From Limisphaerales bacterium (GTDB taxonomy: Bacteria > Patescibacteriota > JACMRA01): DNA of 64,000 bases. Where the stretch lies: positions 2,501-66,500 of the forward strand of contig JBIKIW010000001.1 in the NCBI GenBank assembly GCA_044361365.1, in the 5' to 3' direction. A program made the position numbers and the translations under genes. Within the stretch, counting starts at the first letter, position 1. Each line of letters starts with the position of its first letter. Below, piece by piece: positions 1 through 7,941 of the stretch. The notes beneath the pieces were generated by a model, which saw nothing but the letters and a program-made list of their open reading frames with translations, ran no database searches and had not been told where the DNA came from.

Positions 1-1
1 T

Positions 2-679
2 CAAGTTAAGAATTTGTATTTAGTTGCGAGCTGCCAAAATATTGGTGATTTTAAAACCGGAAAAGACTTTAGTTTGATCCAAAAAAATTGTGAAAATATC
101 ACCATTTACCATTCCAAAGATGATCAAGTTGTACCTTTTAGCGTGGCTCAAGAAATTGCTAGCAAACTACCTAAGGCAAAGCTGGTTGAATTTGAAAACC
201 GAGGGCATTTTGTGGAAGCAGAATTTGTGGAATTAAAGTCTCAAATTAGTGCGGATTTACGAGTTGAAAACAAGACAGATTTTGAGAAATTTTACCCGAC
301 TCAGGAAATGACAACAGCCAAAGAAATTTTTTATATTTGGATCGTGCGAATGATTATTTTAGGGAAATATTTTACCGGTAAAATTCCGTTTGAAAAGGTG
401 ATTATTACGCCTACAATTTTGGACGAAAAAGGTAGAAAAATGAGTAAAAGCTTGGGCAACGGTCTCGACCCGGTTGTAGCAATTGATCAGTTCTCTTCAG
501 ACAGTCTCAGGCTTGCGATGCTCGGTGGTATGATCCCAAACAGAAACATGAAAATGGGCGGAAAATTAGCCGAAAATATCATGCAAAAATACCGCAACTT
601 TGGGAATAAGATTTGGAATGTAGCTAGGTTTTTGGAGGGGAAGGAAGGGGAGAAGAAACAAGATTTTGATATAAAATAA
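2..679 (+). CDS. valS: Chimeric ORF, 5' partial. The C-terminal end of a YdeN/RBBP9-like alpha/beta serine hydrolase is fused in frame to a valyl-tRNA synthetase catalytic-core segment (KMSKS region).
   Basis: The frame is open to the window edge. Up to about nt 265 it reads like the end of a hydrolase (IYHSKDDQVVPF...FENRGHF). From about nt 266 the same frame reads ValRS core: FYPTQ, IFYIWIVRMI, GRKMSKSLGNGLDP (KMSKS loop), YRNFGNKIWNVARF. There is no stop codon between the two parts. Confidence 0.7.
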   Translation, partial: QVKNLYLVASCQNIGDFKTGKDFSLIQKNCENITIYHSKDDQVVPFSVAQEIASKLPKAKLVEFENRGHFVEAEFVELKSQISADLRVENKTDFEKFYPTQEMTTAKEIFYIWIVRMIILGKYFTGKIPFEKVIITPTILDEKGRKMSKSLGNGLDPVVAIDQFSSDSLRLAMLGGMIPNRNMKMGGKLAENIMQKYRNFGNKIWNVARFLEGKEGEKKQDFDIK

Positions 680-804
680 ACCTCAAAATAAATATTTAGA
701 CACTAGATATAGTGTTAAAACTTAACTTAAAATTACTATATTTAGAAAAAAAGTGAATTTTCATTGACGAAAGTGTTGATTTTAGCGATAAGATTAATAC
801 TTTT

Positions 805-2382
805 ATGTTTGTGAAAATAATAACTCCAAAAACTTACTTTTCAGATTTTTTTGGTGTTGAGCAGAAAACAATTGAAAAATATGGTGCTTTTAATATTTCT
901 TTATTAAATGATTTACCATTATTTATTGACCCATTTTTACTTTTTAATAGCAAAAAAGAAGAGTATCAAAAATTACACCAAGATATTATAGATTATTTAT
1001 TATTTTTAAAATCAATTTCGGTTGAAGAATTAACTAAGGGTGATATTGATAATTATTTTAAATTTCCTGAAATTAAACAAACTTGGCTGGGCTATTCAAA
1101 AACTGGAAATGGTGGGAGTGGGTTAGGTGAAAAATTTGCAAATGGGCTTACGGAAAGTTTTAGAAAATATTTAACCAATTTCGGACAAGAAAAAGGTATA
1201 AGCCCACATTTAGAAAAAATTTGCTTATTTGATACAGGAATTGGTAAAGATAATATAAGTGATTTTACAACTAATTTGATCGTTGGATATTTAGCTAATT
1301 ACACACAAAAATTTTCAAATAAAAATATAGATGATAAATTTTTAGAGGATTTTAAAATTGAAAAATACAAATTTAATTATAACACAAGTAGTTGGGTTCC
1401 AAAAGTTTTTAAGCTACCTTTTATTATCAAAAGTAACGGGAAGAAAGAATATGTCTTATTAACACCTAAAGATATTTTAACTAAAGACAATCCCTGGATT
1501 AATAATAAAGATAAACTTAATCAATTTAATACAATTTTAGAAATACTTCCAAATGAACAATTGAGATCTCAAATAAATAGATATTTTAACTCAATTTTAA
1601 AAAAAGACGAAAAGGGTAGGTCGAGTAAAAAAGATCAAAATCAGGCTAAACTACAAATTTATCAAGAATACCCAGAATTAATAGATTTATTCATTAAAAC
1701 TAAAGAAGAGAGTGGTGATCAGGCTATAGCAAATAGCAGTGAAATTGTAGCTCAAACTGAATCTATCTTTATAGATCTTGCTAGAGAAATTGTTAAAAAA
1801 TTACAATCTGAAACAAATTTCTATAAACAAAAAACAGATTCTTTCGAAGATATTTACAGGAGGTTGCTTTATTTTAAAGATTGGGTTGAAAATAAAGGAG
1901 GTTGGAAGTTATTTTATAATAAACACCGAGAAATTACGAATGAATCTGAACTCCAGCTACTTTTTAAACTAGCTCATTTTGAGTCAAAATTTGATATCAA
2001 CTCGGAAGTAGACAACGGTTCGGGTCCAGTAGATTTTAAATCTTCAATGGGTTCAAAAGATAAAACTATTGTAGAGTTTAAACTTGCGAGAAATAGTAAA
2101 TTTAAACAAAATGCTCACCCACAAGGACAAGTTAGAGTTTATGAAAAATCTAATAATACTAAAAAATCTATAAAAGTCTTTTTTTGCTTTAATAAAAGTG
2201 AAGTTCAGAAGGTTGAAAAAAGTATAAAAGAGTTTAAGCTAAATGAAAATCAAATTGTAATTATAAACTGTAATAGCCAAGTTTCTGCTTCAAATGTTGA
2301 TCCTGCTAAGTTTGATGATTGGGATATAGAGAAAATGAGCGAACCCTCTTTTGAAGAGCAAGAATTAAATTGGAAGATATAA
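805..2382 (+). CDS. Hypothetical 525-aa protein with a C-terminal PD-(D/E)xK nuclease-like motif
   Basis: Long uninterrupted ORF. The C-terminal segment ESELQLLFKLAHFE...GPVDFKSSMGSKDKTIVEFKLARN fits the E...D...(D/E)xK pattern. The N-terminal 350 aa are not recognised. Confidence 0.6.
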   Translation: MFVKIITPKTYFSDFFGVEQKTIEKYGAFNISLLNDLPLFIDPFLLFNSKKEEYQKLHQDIIDYLLFLKSISVEELTKGDIDNYFKFPEIKQTWLGYSKTGNGGSGLGEKFANGLTESFRKYLTNFGQEKGISPHLEKICLFDTGIGKDNISDFTTNLIVGYLANYTQKFSNKNIDDKFLEDFKIEKYKFNYNTSSWVPKVFKLPFIIKSNGKKEYVLLTPKDILTKDNPWINNKDKLNQFNTILEILPNEQLRSQINRYFNSILKKDEKGRSSKKDQNQAKLQIYQEYPELIDLFIKTKEESGDQAIANSSEIVAQTESIFIDLAREIVKKLQSETNFYKQKTDSFEDIYRRLLYFKDWVENKGGWKLFYNKHREITNESELQLLFKLAHFESKFDINSEVDNGSGPVDFKSSMGSKDKTIVEFKLARNSKFKQNAHPQGQVRVYEKSNNTKKSIKVFFCFNKSEVQKVEKSIKEFKLNENQIVIINCNSQVSASNVDPAKFDDWDIEKMSEPSFEEQELNWKI

Positions 2383-2527
2383 AAAACAACATAGGTTATT
2401 TTAGTTTAATTAAAATTTAAAAGATAGATTCTCATAAACCCCTATTTAATCAACAAATATCTTTTTATACGAAAGAAAAAAAGTTTTGTGAAAATTAAAG
2501 AAAATAAAAAAAGAAACTCGGACTTGC

Positions 2528-2983
2528 TTACCCCACCAACTTAATCTTTTGAAATTTAGAATATTTCTTACTTAGTTCAATATCCCTAGTCACAAACATA
2601 TCAACATTATTGTTAATACAGCAGGCGATTTGCAGGGCATCTTCAAAATCTTTTTGACCATAATTACTTATTGCCCATTTTGCGTCTTCTTTAGATGCAT
2701 TCATTATTTCAAAATCTTTCGTAATTTCTTCAGCTAAGGTTAAAAAATTCTTTTTATAATTTTCTTGATCTAGCTTGGGAATATCTTCAAATTTAAGGTT
2801 TTTTAAATCTTTTTTAAAACCAGATTCTGCATAATAAAATATGGTATGTAGCGATAAAATAGTTACTGCAGGAACGTCATCATGTGCTAACTCTTGTATA
2901 AAAGAAGTGCTTGTTTCGTGAGATTCTCTATGAGAATTCATTATGTCCAAAATTATGTTTGTGTCGAAAAGAATTGTTGCCAT
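2528..2983 (-). CDS. vapC: PIN-domain toxin (VapC-like)
   Basis: N-terminus MATILFDTNIILD carries the first acidic residue. The C-terminal FVTRD motif, the size (151 aa), and the position immediately downstream of a small antitoxin-like ORF fit VapC. Confidence 0.8.
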   Translation of the reverse strand: MATILFDTNIILDIMNSHRESHETSTSFIQELAHDDVPAVTILSLHTIFYYAESGFKKDLKNLKFEDIPKLDQENYKKNFLTLAEEITKDFEIMNASKEDAKWAISNYGQKDFEDALQIACCINNNVDMFVTRDIELSKKYSKFQKIKLVG

Positions 2984-2989
2984 GTATAA

Positions 2990-3280
2990 TTATATTTTAC
3001 GTTCGTTATAAAGTTTATTTATATCAGTATTTGGATTGATTGGTGGTAATTTTGAAGATATTTTTTTTTGTTTATCAAGAAATGAAACTACTCTTTTATT
3101 TTCGATTTTTGAGTCAGCATTTAGCACAATACTAAATCGTTTCATTTTTTCACCGCGACCGTAGGTAAATTCGACTTCTTCGCCGTTGTAATAAATATCG
3201 TTGACGATATCACTTAGGTTTTGGCGGAGTTGTTTGGCTGAGACTGTTTTCATAAAAGTTAAAAGGTTGAACTTTGTCAA
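2990..3280 (-). CDS. Phd/YefM-like antitoxin (VapB partner)
   Basis: MKTVSAKQLRQNLSDIVNDIYYNGEEVEFTYGRGEK resembles Phd/YefM N-termini. The gap to the PIN gene is 6 nt. The true start is more likely the ATG at 3253 than the TTG at 3280. Confidence 0.7.
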   Translation of the reverse strand: MTKFNLLTFMKTVSAKQLRQNLSDIVNDIYYNGEEVEFTYGRGEKMKRFSIVLNADSKIENKRVVSFLDKQKKISSKLPPINPNTDINKLYNERKI

Positions 3281-3298
3281 GGTAAAAGTAGTAGATAA

Positions 3299-3327
3299 AA
3301 CTTACCACTACTTTAAAGTATTGTCAA
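3299..3327 (-). promoter_or_regulatory. Candidate sigma70-type promoter with an overlapping inverted repeat (putative TA autoregulatory operator)
   Basis: On the minus strand: TTGACA (3327-3322), a 17-nt spacer, then TAAGTT (3304-3299). The inverted-repeat arms aaagtagt (3285-3292) and actacttt (3307-3314) bracket the -10 element. Confidence 0.35.
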
Positions 3328-3476
3328 GTATTATCAATAAAGTAGCTAATAAATTGTATTTAATAAAGTTGAAAGGTTAAACTTTTGATGGTATTTTTGG
3401 ATTTATTTATGTCAACTTAAATATTGCCCTGCCAAAACAATTTGCCCAAACTTAAAAAGATTCGTTAGGTTTAGAT

Positions 3477-4025
3477 GTGTCCAAAACTGTTTTGATTTCT
3501 TGTTATGGGGTGTACGATTTAGAGCATCGAAACCCACTTCAGATCCAGGGTTTGCAGTCTTATTTTGGGGGGATTTATAAATATTTAAAGCCTATTAAAG
3601 ACGATTTAAAGTCGGTGATTTTTTGTGGAGGTTATCGGAATTTGGCAATTAGTGAAAGCCAAACTAGTCGGGATTATTTTTTAACTTTAGGTGCTGATTT
3701 TGAAAATTTCCCCTTGCTTTTAGAAACTAATTCTAAGTCCACACTTCAGAATCTAGCTCTAGGCTTTTTAACTGCCAACGAAGGTTTTTTGGGTCAAGAT
3801 TTGCTGATAATTTGTGATAGTTTTAGAGTAGAAAGAGTTAAAAATTTATCCAAGATTTTGTTTGAAGATCTAGGGCTAAAAATTGAAGTAAAAGGCTTTG
3901 AACGAAAAGATGATCACCCTCATTCTGATCAAAAATACCAACTAGAAACTGCTCTTCCGGGAGATTTAAACAGTCCAGAACTACAAACTTGGAAACAACT
4001 TTTAACCACTCAAATTACAAAATAA
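3477..4025 (+). CDS. DUF218/YdcF-like protein
   Basis: CGGYRNLAISESQTSRDYF...LLETNSKSTLQNLALG...LLIICDSFRVERV matches the DUF218 pattern (GG..SEA, S.nT.eN, vTs.fH..R). The stop at 4023-4025 lies 3 nt before the ATG of the valS C-terminal fragment. Confidence 0.55.
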   Translation: MSKTVLISCYGVYDLEHRNPLQIQGLQSYFGGIYKYLKPIKDDLKSVIFCGGYRNLAISESQTSRDYFLTLGADFENFPLLLETNSKSTLQNLALGFLTANEGFLGQDLLIICDSFRVERVKNLSKILFEDLGLKIEVKGFERKDDHPHSDQKYQLETALPGDLNSPELQTWKQLLTTQITK

Positions 4026-4028
4026 TTT

Positions 4029-4847
4029 ATGCTACAAACTCAAAATTTATCGCCGGCTTCCATTTGGATTTTGCAAAAATATGTGGAATTAGAAAACAGA
4101 TTAGAAGAAAATTTGGTGACCTACGAATTAGCTCATTCGGTGGACGGTTTATACAAATTTTTGTGGGATTTTTATGCCGATTGGTATGTGGAATATATCA
4201 AAACTGACCCAAGTCAGGTGCCTTTTGCTAAAGATCTTTTTAAGCAATTTATAGTTACTCTAAACCCGTATTCACCGTTTGAAACTGAAGCCCTGTGGCA
4301 AGATTTTTTTGGAGAAAAAGAAAGTTTAGCTTTGGTGCAAAAAGATGTAAGTTGGGCTAAAAATATTTGGTCGCAGATTGATCAAAATAGGGTAGGTGAG
4401 TTCCAAACAATTGTGGATTTTATTTCAGATGTGAGATCTCTGAGGGGTTTATTTGCTATCGACCCGGCAGTTTTTTTGGAGGTAAATTCGTCCACCAAAT
4501 TGCTATCGGTTTATGCTGATTTTATAAAATCCAGCTCAAGAGTACACATTTTGGATCAAGAAGTTGAGGGTTTGTACGAAGTTGCTAGTCAAAATTATAT
4601 TTACAAAATTGATATTATTAAATACATTCCAGACTTCCAAAAAGAAATTAAACGAACTGAAAAAATCTTAGAAAGCCTAGAAAAGCAAATCAAAGCTTTG
4701 GAAAGTCAGCTACAAAATGAATCATTTTTGAAAAACGCTGAAGCTGAAGTAATAGCAGAAAAAAGACAAGATTTAAGGAATAGAGAGTTAGAAAAAACCC
4801 AGCAAGAGCAAAAACTAAAATACATAACAAGCTCGATTTTAAGCTAA
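4029..4847 (+). CDS. valS: Valyl-tRNA synthetase C-terminal fragment (anticodon-binding domain plus C-terminal coiled coil)
   Basis: SIWILQKYVELENRL...YKFLWDFYADWYVEYIK aligns to the ValRS segment that directly follows the NKLWNASRF motif. The heptad-like tail IKALESQLQNESFLKNAEAEVIAEKRQ is typical of ValRS. Confidence 0.85.
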   Translation: MLQTQNLSPASIWILQKYVELENRLEENLVTYELAHSVDGLYKFLWDFYADWYVEYIKTDPSQVPFAKDLFKQFIVTLNPYSPFETEALWQDFFGEKESLALVQKDVSWAKNIWSQIDQNRVGEFQTIVDFISDVRSLRGLFAIDPAVFLEVNSSTKLLSVYADFIKSSSRVHILDQEVEGLYEVASQNYIYKIDIIKYIPDFQKEIKRTEKILESLEKQIKALESQLQNESFLKNAEAEVIAEKRQDLRNRELEKTQQEQKLKYITSSILS

Positions 4848-4883
4848 TAATTGCACTACCACAACTAAACTAAATTTATAATT

Positions 4884-5336
4884 ATGCACTGTCCAAAATG
4901 TTATCACCAGCACACCAAAGTCTATGATACTCGCCTAAGCCAAGGTGGAAAAGCCACTCGAAGACGCCGAGAATGTGAAGACTGTGGCTATAGATTTACA
5001 ACCCTTGAAGAAGTAAAAGTGTTAGATTTGAAAGTAGAAAAACGAAATGGACAGTTGGTTGATTTTAGCCAAGAAAAGCTAGAAAAAGGTATTCGAAAGG
5101 CTTTTAACAAGCGAAATACTGACAACCAAAAAATTGCTCAGCTGGTTCAAAAAGTAATTGAAGATACTTTAGCTACCGGCAAAAACCCTATTAAATCAAC
5201 TAGAATTGGTAAAATTGTACTCAAAAATCTCAAAAATACCGACGAAGCCGCATATGTTTGTTTTGGAGCAATGTTTTTAAGCTTTGAGAGTATTGAAGAT
5301 TTCCAAATGCTTCTTAAAGATGTTCAAAAGGATTAA
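4884..5336 (+). CDS. nrdR: Transcriptional repressor NrdR
   Basis: MHCPKC...VYDTR...RRRRECEDCGYRFTTLEEV zinc ribbon followed by an ATP-cone region; 150 aa. Confidence 0.9.
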   Translation: MHCPKCYHQHTKVYDTRLSQGGKATRRRRECEDCGYRFTTLEEVKVLDLKVEKRNGQLVDFSQEKLEKGIRKAFNKRNTDNQKIAQLVQKVIEDTLATGKNPIKSTRIGKIVLKNLKNTDEAAYVCFGAMFLSFESIEDFQMLLKDVQKD

Positions 5337-5350
5337 CACATTTTAAATTT

Positions 5351-5917
5351 CTATTTTGAAGTATCTCTTTCCGAGTATTCATCTTCAACGGTATTTACCA
5401 GGATTTGCTCTCCAATTTTAATAAATCCTGGTACTTTCACAACTTTTCCAGTTTCAATGGTAGCATCTTTCATTACCCCTTGAACAGTATTTCCCTTATC
5501 TACATCTGCAGTAAGAATTACTTTATAAGAAATCTTAATAGGCAAATCGATACTTATAGGATTTTCGTTAAAATATATAATCGCAATCTCCAAACCTTCT
5601 TTAAGGTAATCAACTTTATCAGCCATAATACTACCAGGTATTTCTACAGTTTCATAGGTTTCAGACTCCATAAAACTAAGAACTTCTCCAGTTTTATACA
5701 TAAAAGTTGCCATTCTTTTGGCAAGATCTGCCTCTTCTACAGATTCTCCACTTTTGAAAGAGTAATCTACGTTATTACCGGTTATCAAGTTTTTCATAAC
5801 ACACTTCTTAACAGGTTTTCGTTGTTGCATTCTCAAAAAGTCACACTTTACAATCACACAAGGATTGTTATTAAACTGAACCACTTTACCCAGTTTAATT
5901 TCAGAAAAATCGAGCAT
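5351..5917 (-). CDS. efp: Elongation factor P
   Basis: 188 aa with the EF-P three-domain layout, including LRMQQRKPVKKCVMKNLITG and C-terminal OB-like repeats. Confidence 0.9.
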   Translation of the reverse strand: MLDFSEIKLGKVVQFNNNPCVIVKCDFLRMQQRKPVKKCVMKNLITGNNVDYSFKSGESVEEADLAKRMATFMYKTGEVLSFMESETYETVEIPGSIMADKVDYLKEGLEIAIIYFNENPISIDLPIKISYKVILTADVDKGNTVQGVMKDATIETGKVVKVPGFIKIGEQILVNTVEDEYSERDTSK

Positions 5918-6032
5918 AAATTAAATATAATTTAACTTATTTCAAAAGAGTTTGTTTTGTCAAAATATACCATGAATTAGGCTCGAATCGGCACCGTTTA
6001 GGCATGCTTAATAACTTATTTTTTATAACTGT

Positions 6033-6061
6033 TTGACAATCAACCAAGCTTTTCGTAGATT
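6033..6061 (+). promoter_or_regulatory. Candidate promoter of tRNA-Ser
   Basis: TTGACA (6033-6038), a 17-nt spacer, then TAGATT (6056-6061). The tRNA 5' end at 6068 lies 7 nt downstream. Confidence 0.45.
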
Positions 6062-6067
6062 ATATTT

Positions 6068-6155
6068 GGAAGTGTCGCCTAGTGGCCTATGGCGGCGGTC
6101 TTGAAAACCGCTTGGGCTTATACCCTCGTGAGTTCGAATCTCACCACTTCCGCCA
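6068..6155 (+). tRNA. tRNA-Ser (anticodon UGA), long variable arm, CCA encoded
   Basis: Acceptor GGAAGTG/CACTTCC. Anticodon stem GCGGT/ACCGC with loop CTTGAAA. Variable arm TTGGGCTTATACCCTC. T arm GTGAG-TTCGAAT-CTCAC. Confidence 0.9.
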
Positions 6156-6192
6156 TCTTTTTGATTTAAAAAGTCACTCTTATACAAAAAAT

Positions 6193-6456
6193 ATGAAAAC
6201 AAATAAAAAAATAAATCCCAATATTGCTATAATAGTTGTTTCTATTATTTTGATGATCGGTGTTCTAGTTTTAATAATTAGTTCAATTATCAGCAAGCAG
6301 GACACAGGAGGGTCAAGCTCTTCTTCAAAATCTTCTTTTTCTAGCTTTTCCACGTCTAGCGTTGGCACGAGTTCTTCTTTGTCGAAAAGTGAACCACCTA
6401 AGCCAAGTAGTACTCCTACTCCTCAAGTTTTGCCAAGTACTCAAAATTCAAATTAG
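6193..6456 (+). CDS. Small membrane protein with a Ser/Pro-rich tail
   Basis: The ATG at 6193 lies downstream of the tRNA, whereas the ORF-track start at 6082 lies inside the tRNA. One hydrophobic helix (IAIIVVSIILMIGVLVLIISSII) is followed by a low-complexity S/P tail. Confidence 0.5.
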   Translation: MKTNKKINPNIAIIVVSIILMIGVLVLIISSIISKQDTGGSSSSSKSSFSSFSTSSVGTSSSLSKSEPPKPSSTPTPQVLPSTQNSN

Positions 6457-6512
6457 CTTGACATCATTAAGTAATTGCTAGACTTCCTTCGCTTAATCTA
6501 ATAATTTTTTAT

Positions 6513-7007
6513 ATGTTCGAATCATTTTCAAAAGCTTACGAATCAATTTTTCGTGTGATTTTTATTATTTGGGTCTCGTTATGGGGGTTTATTAACCTAA
6601 TTAATTTGATAGTCCAATATGCCAATTTTTCCTCAATTTATGATGCTGGAGGTAACCAACTTGGTCTTTGGTGGGTAAATACAATTGGACATGTTTTAAC
6701 TATTACTTTTGGAGTTAGTTTGTTTGCTTTTATGCTTACAATTCCAAGCAAAATTAGAAAAGAAAAAACTGTCAGTAATGTAGGACTTATGGTTGCTTTG
6801 GTCATCTTTTACTACTTGTTTATTACAGTTATGAATATTGTAGCTAATCTACTTTTTGATCCAGGTAATTTTGCTAAATACTTTGCTTTTTCGACAGCTT
6901 GGTTATTGCCTAGTATAGTTTTGATGGTCTTCCATATTCTATATTTTGTGAATATCAATAAATACAATTTAGAGCTTGAAGAAAAGATGAAAACACATTC
7001 TAAATAA
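6513..7007 (+). CDS. Integral membrane protein, unknown function
   Basis: 164 aa with four to five hydrophobic segments. Confidence 0.6.
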   Translation: MFESFSKAYESIFRVIFIIWVSLWGFINLINLIVQYANFSSIYDAGGNQLGLWWVNTIGHVLTITFGVSLFAFMLTIPSKIRKEKTVSNVGLMVALVIFYYLFITVMNIVANLLFDPGNFAKYFAFSTAWLLPSIVLMVFHILYFVNINKYNLELEEKMKTHSK

Positions 7008-7013
7008 TTCAAA

Positions 7014-7838
7014 ATGCTTACTAAATTCTTAATAGGGACAAAAGATTTTTTGTTTGATACTTGGTGGAAAACAATCATAACTTGGATTTTACTAATTGCC
7101 TTACTTTGGGTCGCAGCTTCTTTTTATTTACTTTCTCAAACTTCAACTTTAGTTTTTAATAACACTGTTAGTTGGGCTCCAGTTCCAAATATTGGATTTG
7201 AGCAAAATTATGTAAGAAACTCTAAAAACGAAAATATTTCACTTGCTTATTTTCCTAACTCAAACAAAAAAGAAGTTATTTTATATTTACATGGAAACGC
7301 AGGAAGAATCAATGATTTTTTCAAAGATTTAACTGCACAAGCTAACGTTTTATCACCAGCTTATACGGGTTATCATGAATCTGAAGGAGATCCAACTCCA
7401 GAAAAAGTCTATGAAACTGCCCGATTAGCCTACGATTGGCTTGTTAATGTAAAAGGTTATAAAGAAAATCAAATTACAATTCTAGGTCACTCTCTTGGTG
7501 GATCTCCATCAACTTACTTAGCTAGTATCAGACCACAAGCTAAAAGATTAGTATTAATAAACACCTTTAGTAGTATTCAGAGCATGTGTTTTAGAAGTTA
7601 TACAATTTTATGTGGTTTCACTGGTGGGGTTTTTAACTCTGCTGAAAATGCTAAAAAAGTGGAGATTCCAGTTAGACAATTTGGTTATAAAAACGACCTA
7701 ACAGTTCCTTTTGAAGAGGGAAAAACTTTATATACCTATTTTGAAAAAAGCCCAGATAAAAAGTTTATAGAATTAGATGAGTTTACTCATACTTTTCCTA
7801 ACTTTAAAAAAGTTTTTGCAGAGGTCAGCTTTAGTTAG
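7014..7838 (+). CDS. Membrane-anchored alpha/beta hydrolase
   Basis: N-terminal TM helix, LYLHGNAGR oxyanion region, and nucleophile elbow GHSLGG. Confidence 0.75.
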   Translation: MLTKFLIGTKDFLFDTWWKTIITWILLIALLWVAASFYLLSQTSTLVFNNTVSWAPVPNIGFEQNYVRNSKNENISLAYFPNSNKKEVILYLHGNAGRINDFFKDLTAQANVLSPAYTGYHESEGDPTPEKVYETARLAYDWLVNVKGYKENQITILGHSLGGSPSTYLASIRPQAKRLVLINTFSSIQSMCFRSYTILCGFTGGVFNSAENAKKVEIPVRQFGYKNDLTVPFEEGKTLYTYFEKSPDKKFIELDEFTHTFPNFKKVFAEVSFS

Positions 7839-7876
7839 TTTTTTAATCTTTGGTCAGACATTTTCCAATTAAGGCA

Positions 7877-7906
7877 GCCCTGAATTTATTTCAGGGTCTT
7901 TTTTTT
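7877..7906 (+). terminator. Rho-independent terminator between convergent genes
   Basis: Hairpin ccctgaa-tttat-ttcaggg (7878-7896) followed by tctttttttt. Confidence 0.6.
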
Positions 7907-7941
7907 GGATTGAAGTAAAAAGTGAAGTAAGAGAGCTTTTA

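Noticed and set aside
5405-5935. Long ORFs antisense to, or nested within, annotated genes. Examples: 5405-5935 opposite efp, 1778-1972, 3989-4207, 6812-7078, 11554-11886, 17705-17962, 18071-18268, 33201-33485, 38764-39024 and 63165-63440.
   Set aside because: Each lies inside or opposite a gene with strong homology-type motifs. Their translations are low-complexity or Phe/Ile/Lys-rich, as expected from an AT-rich antisense strand. No independent signals support them.
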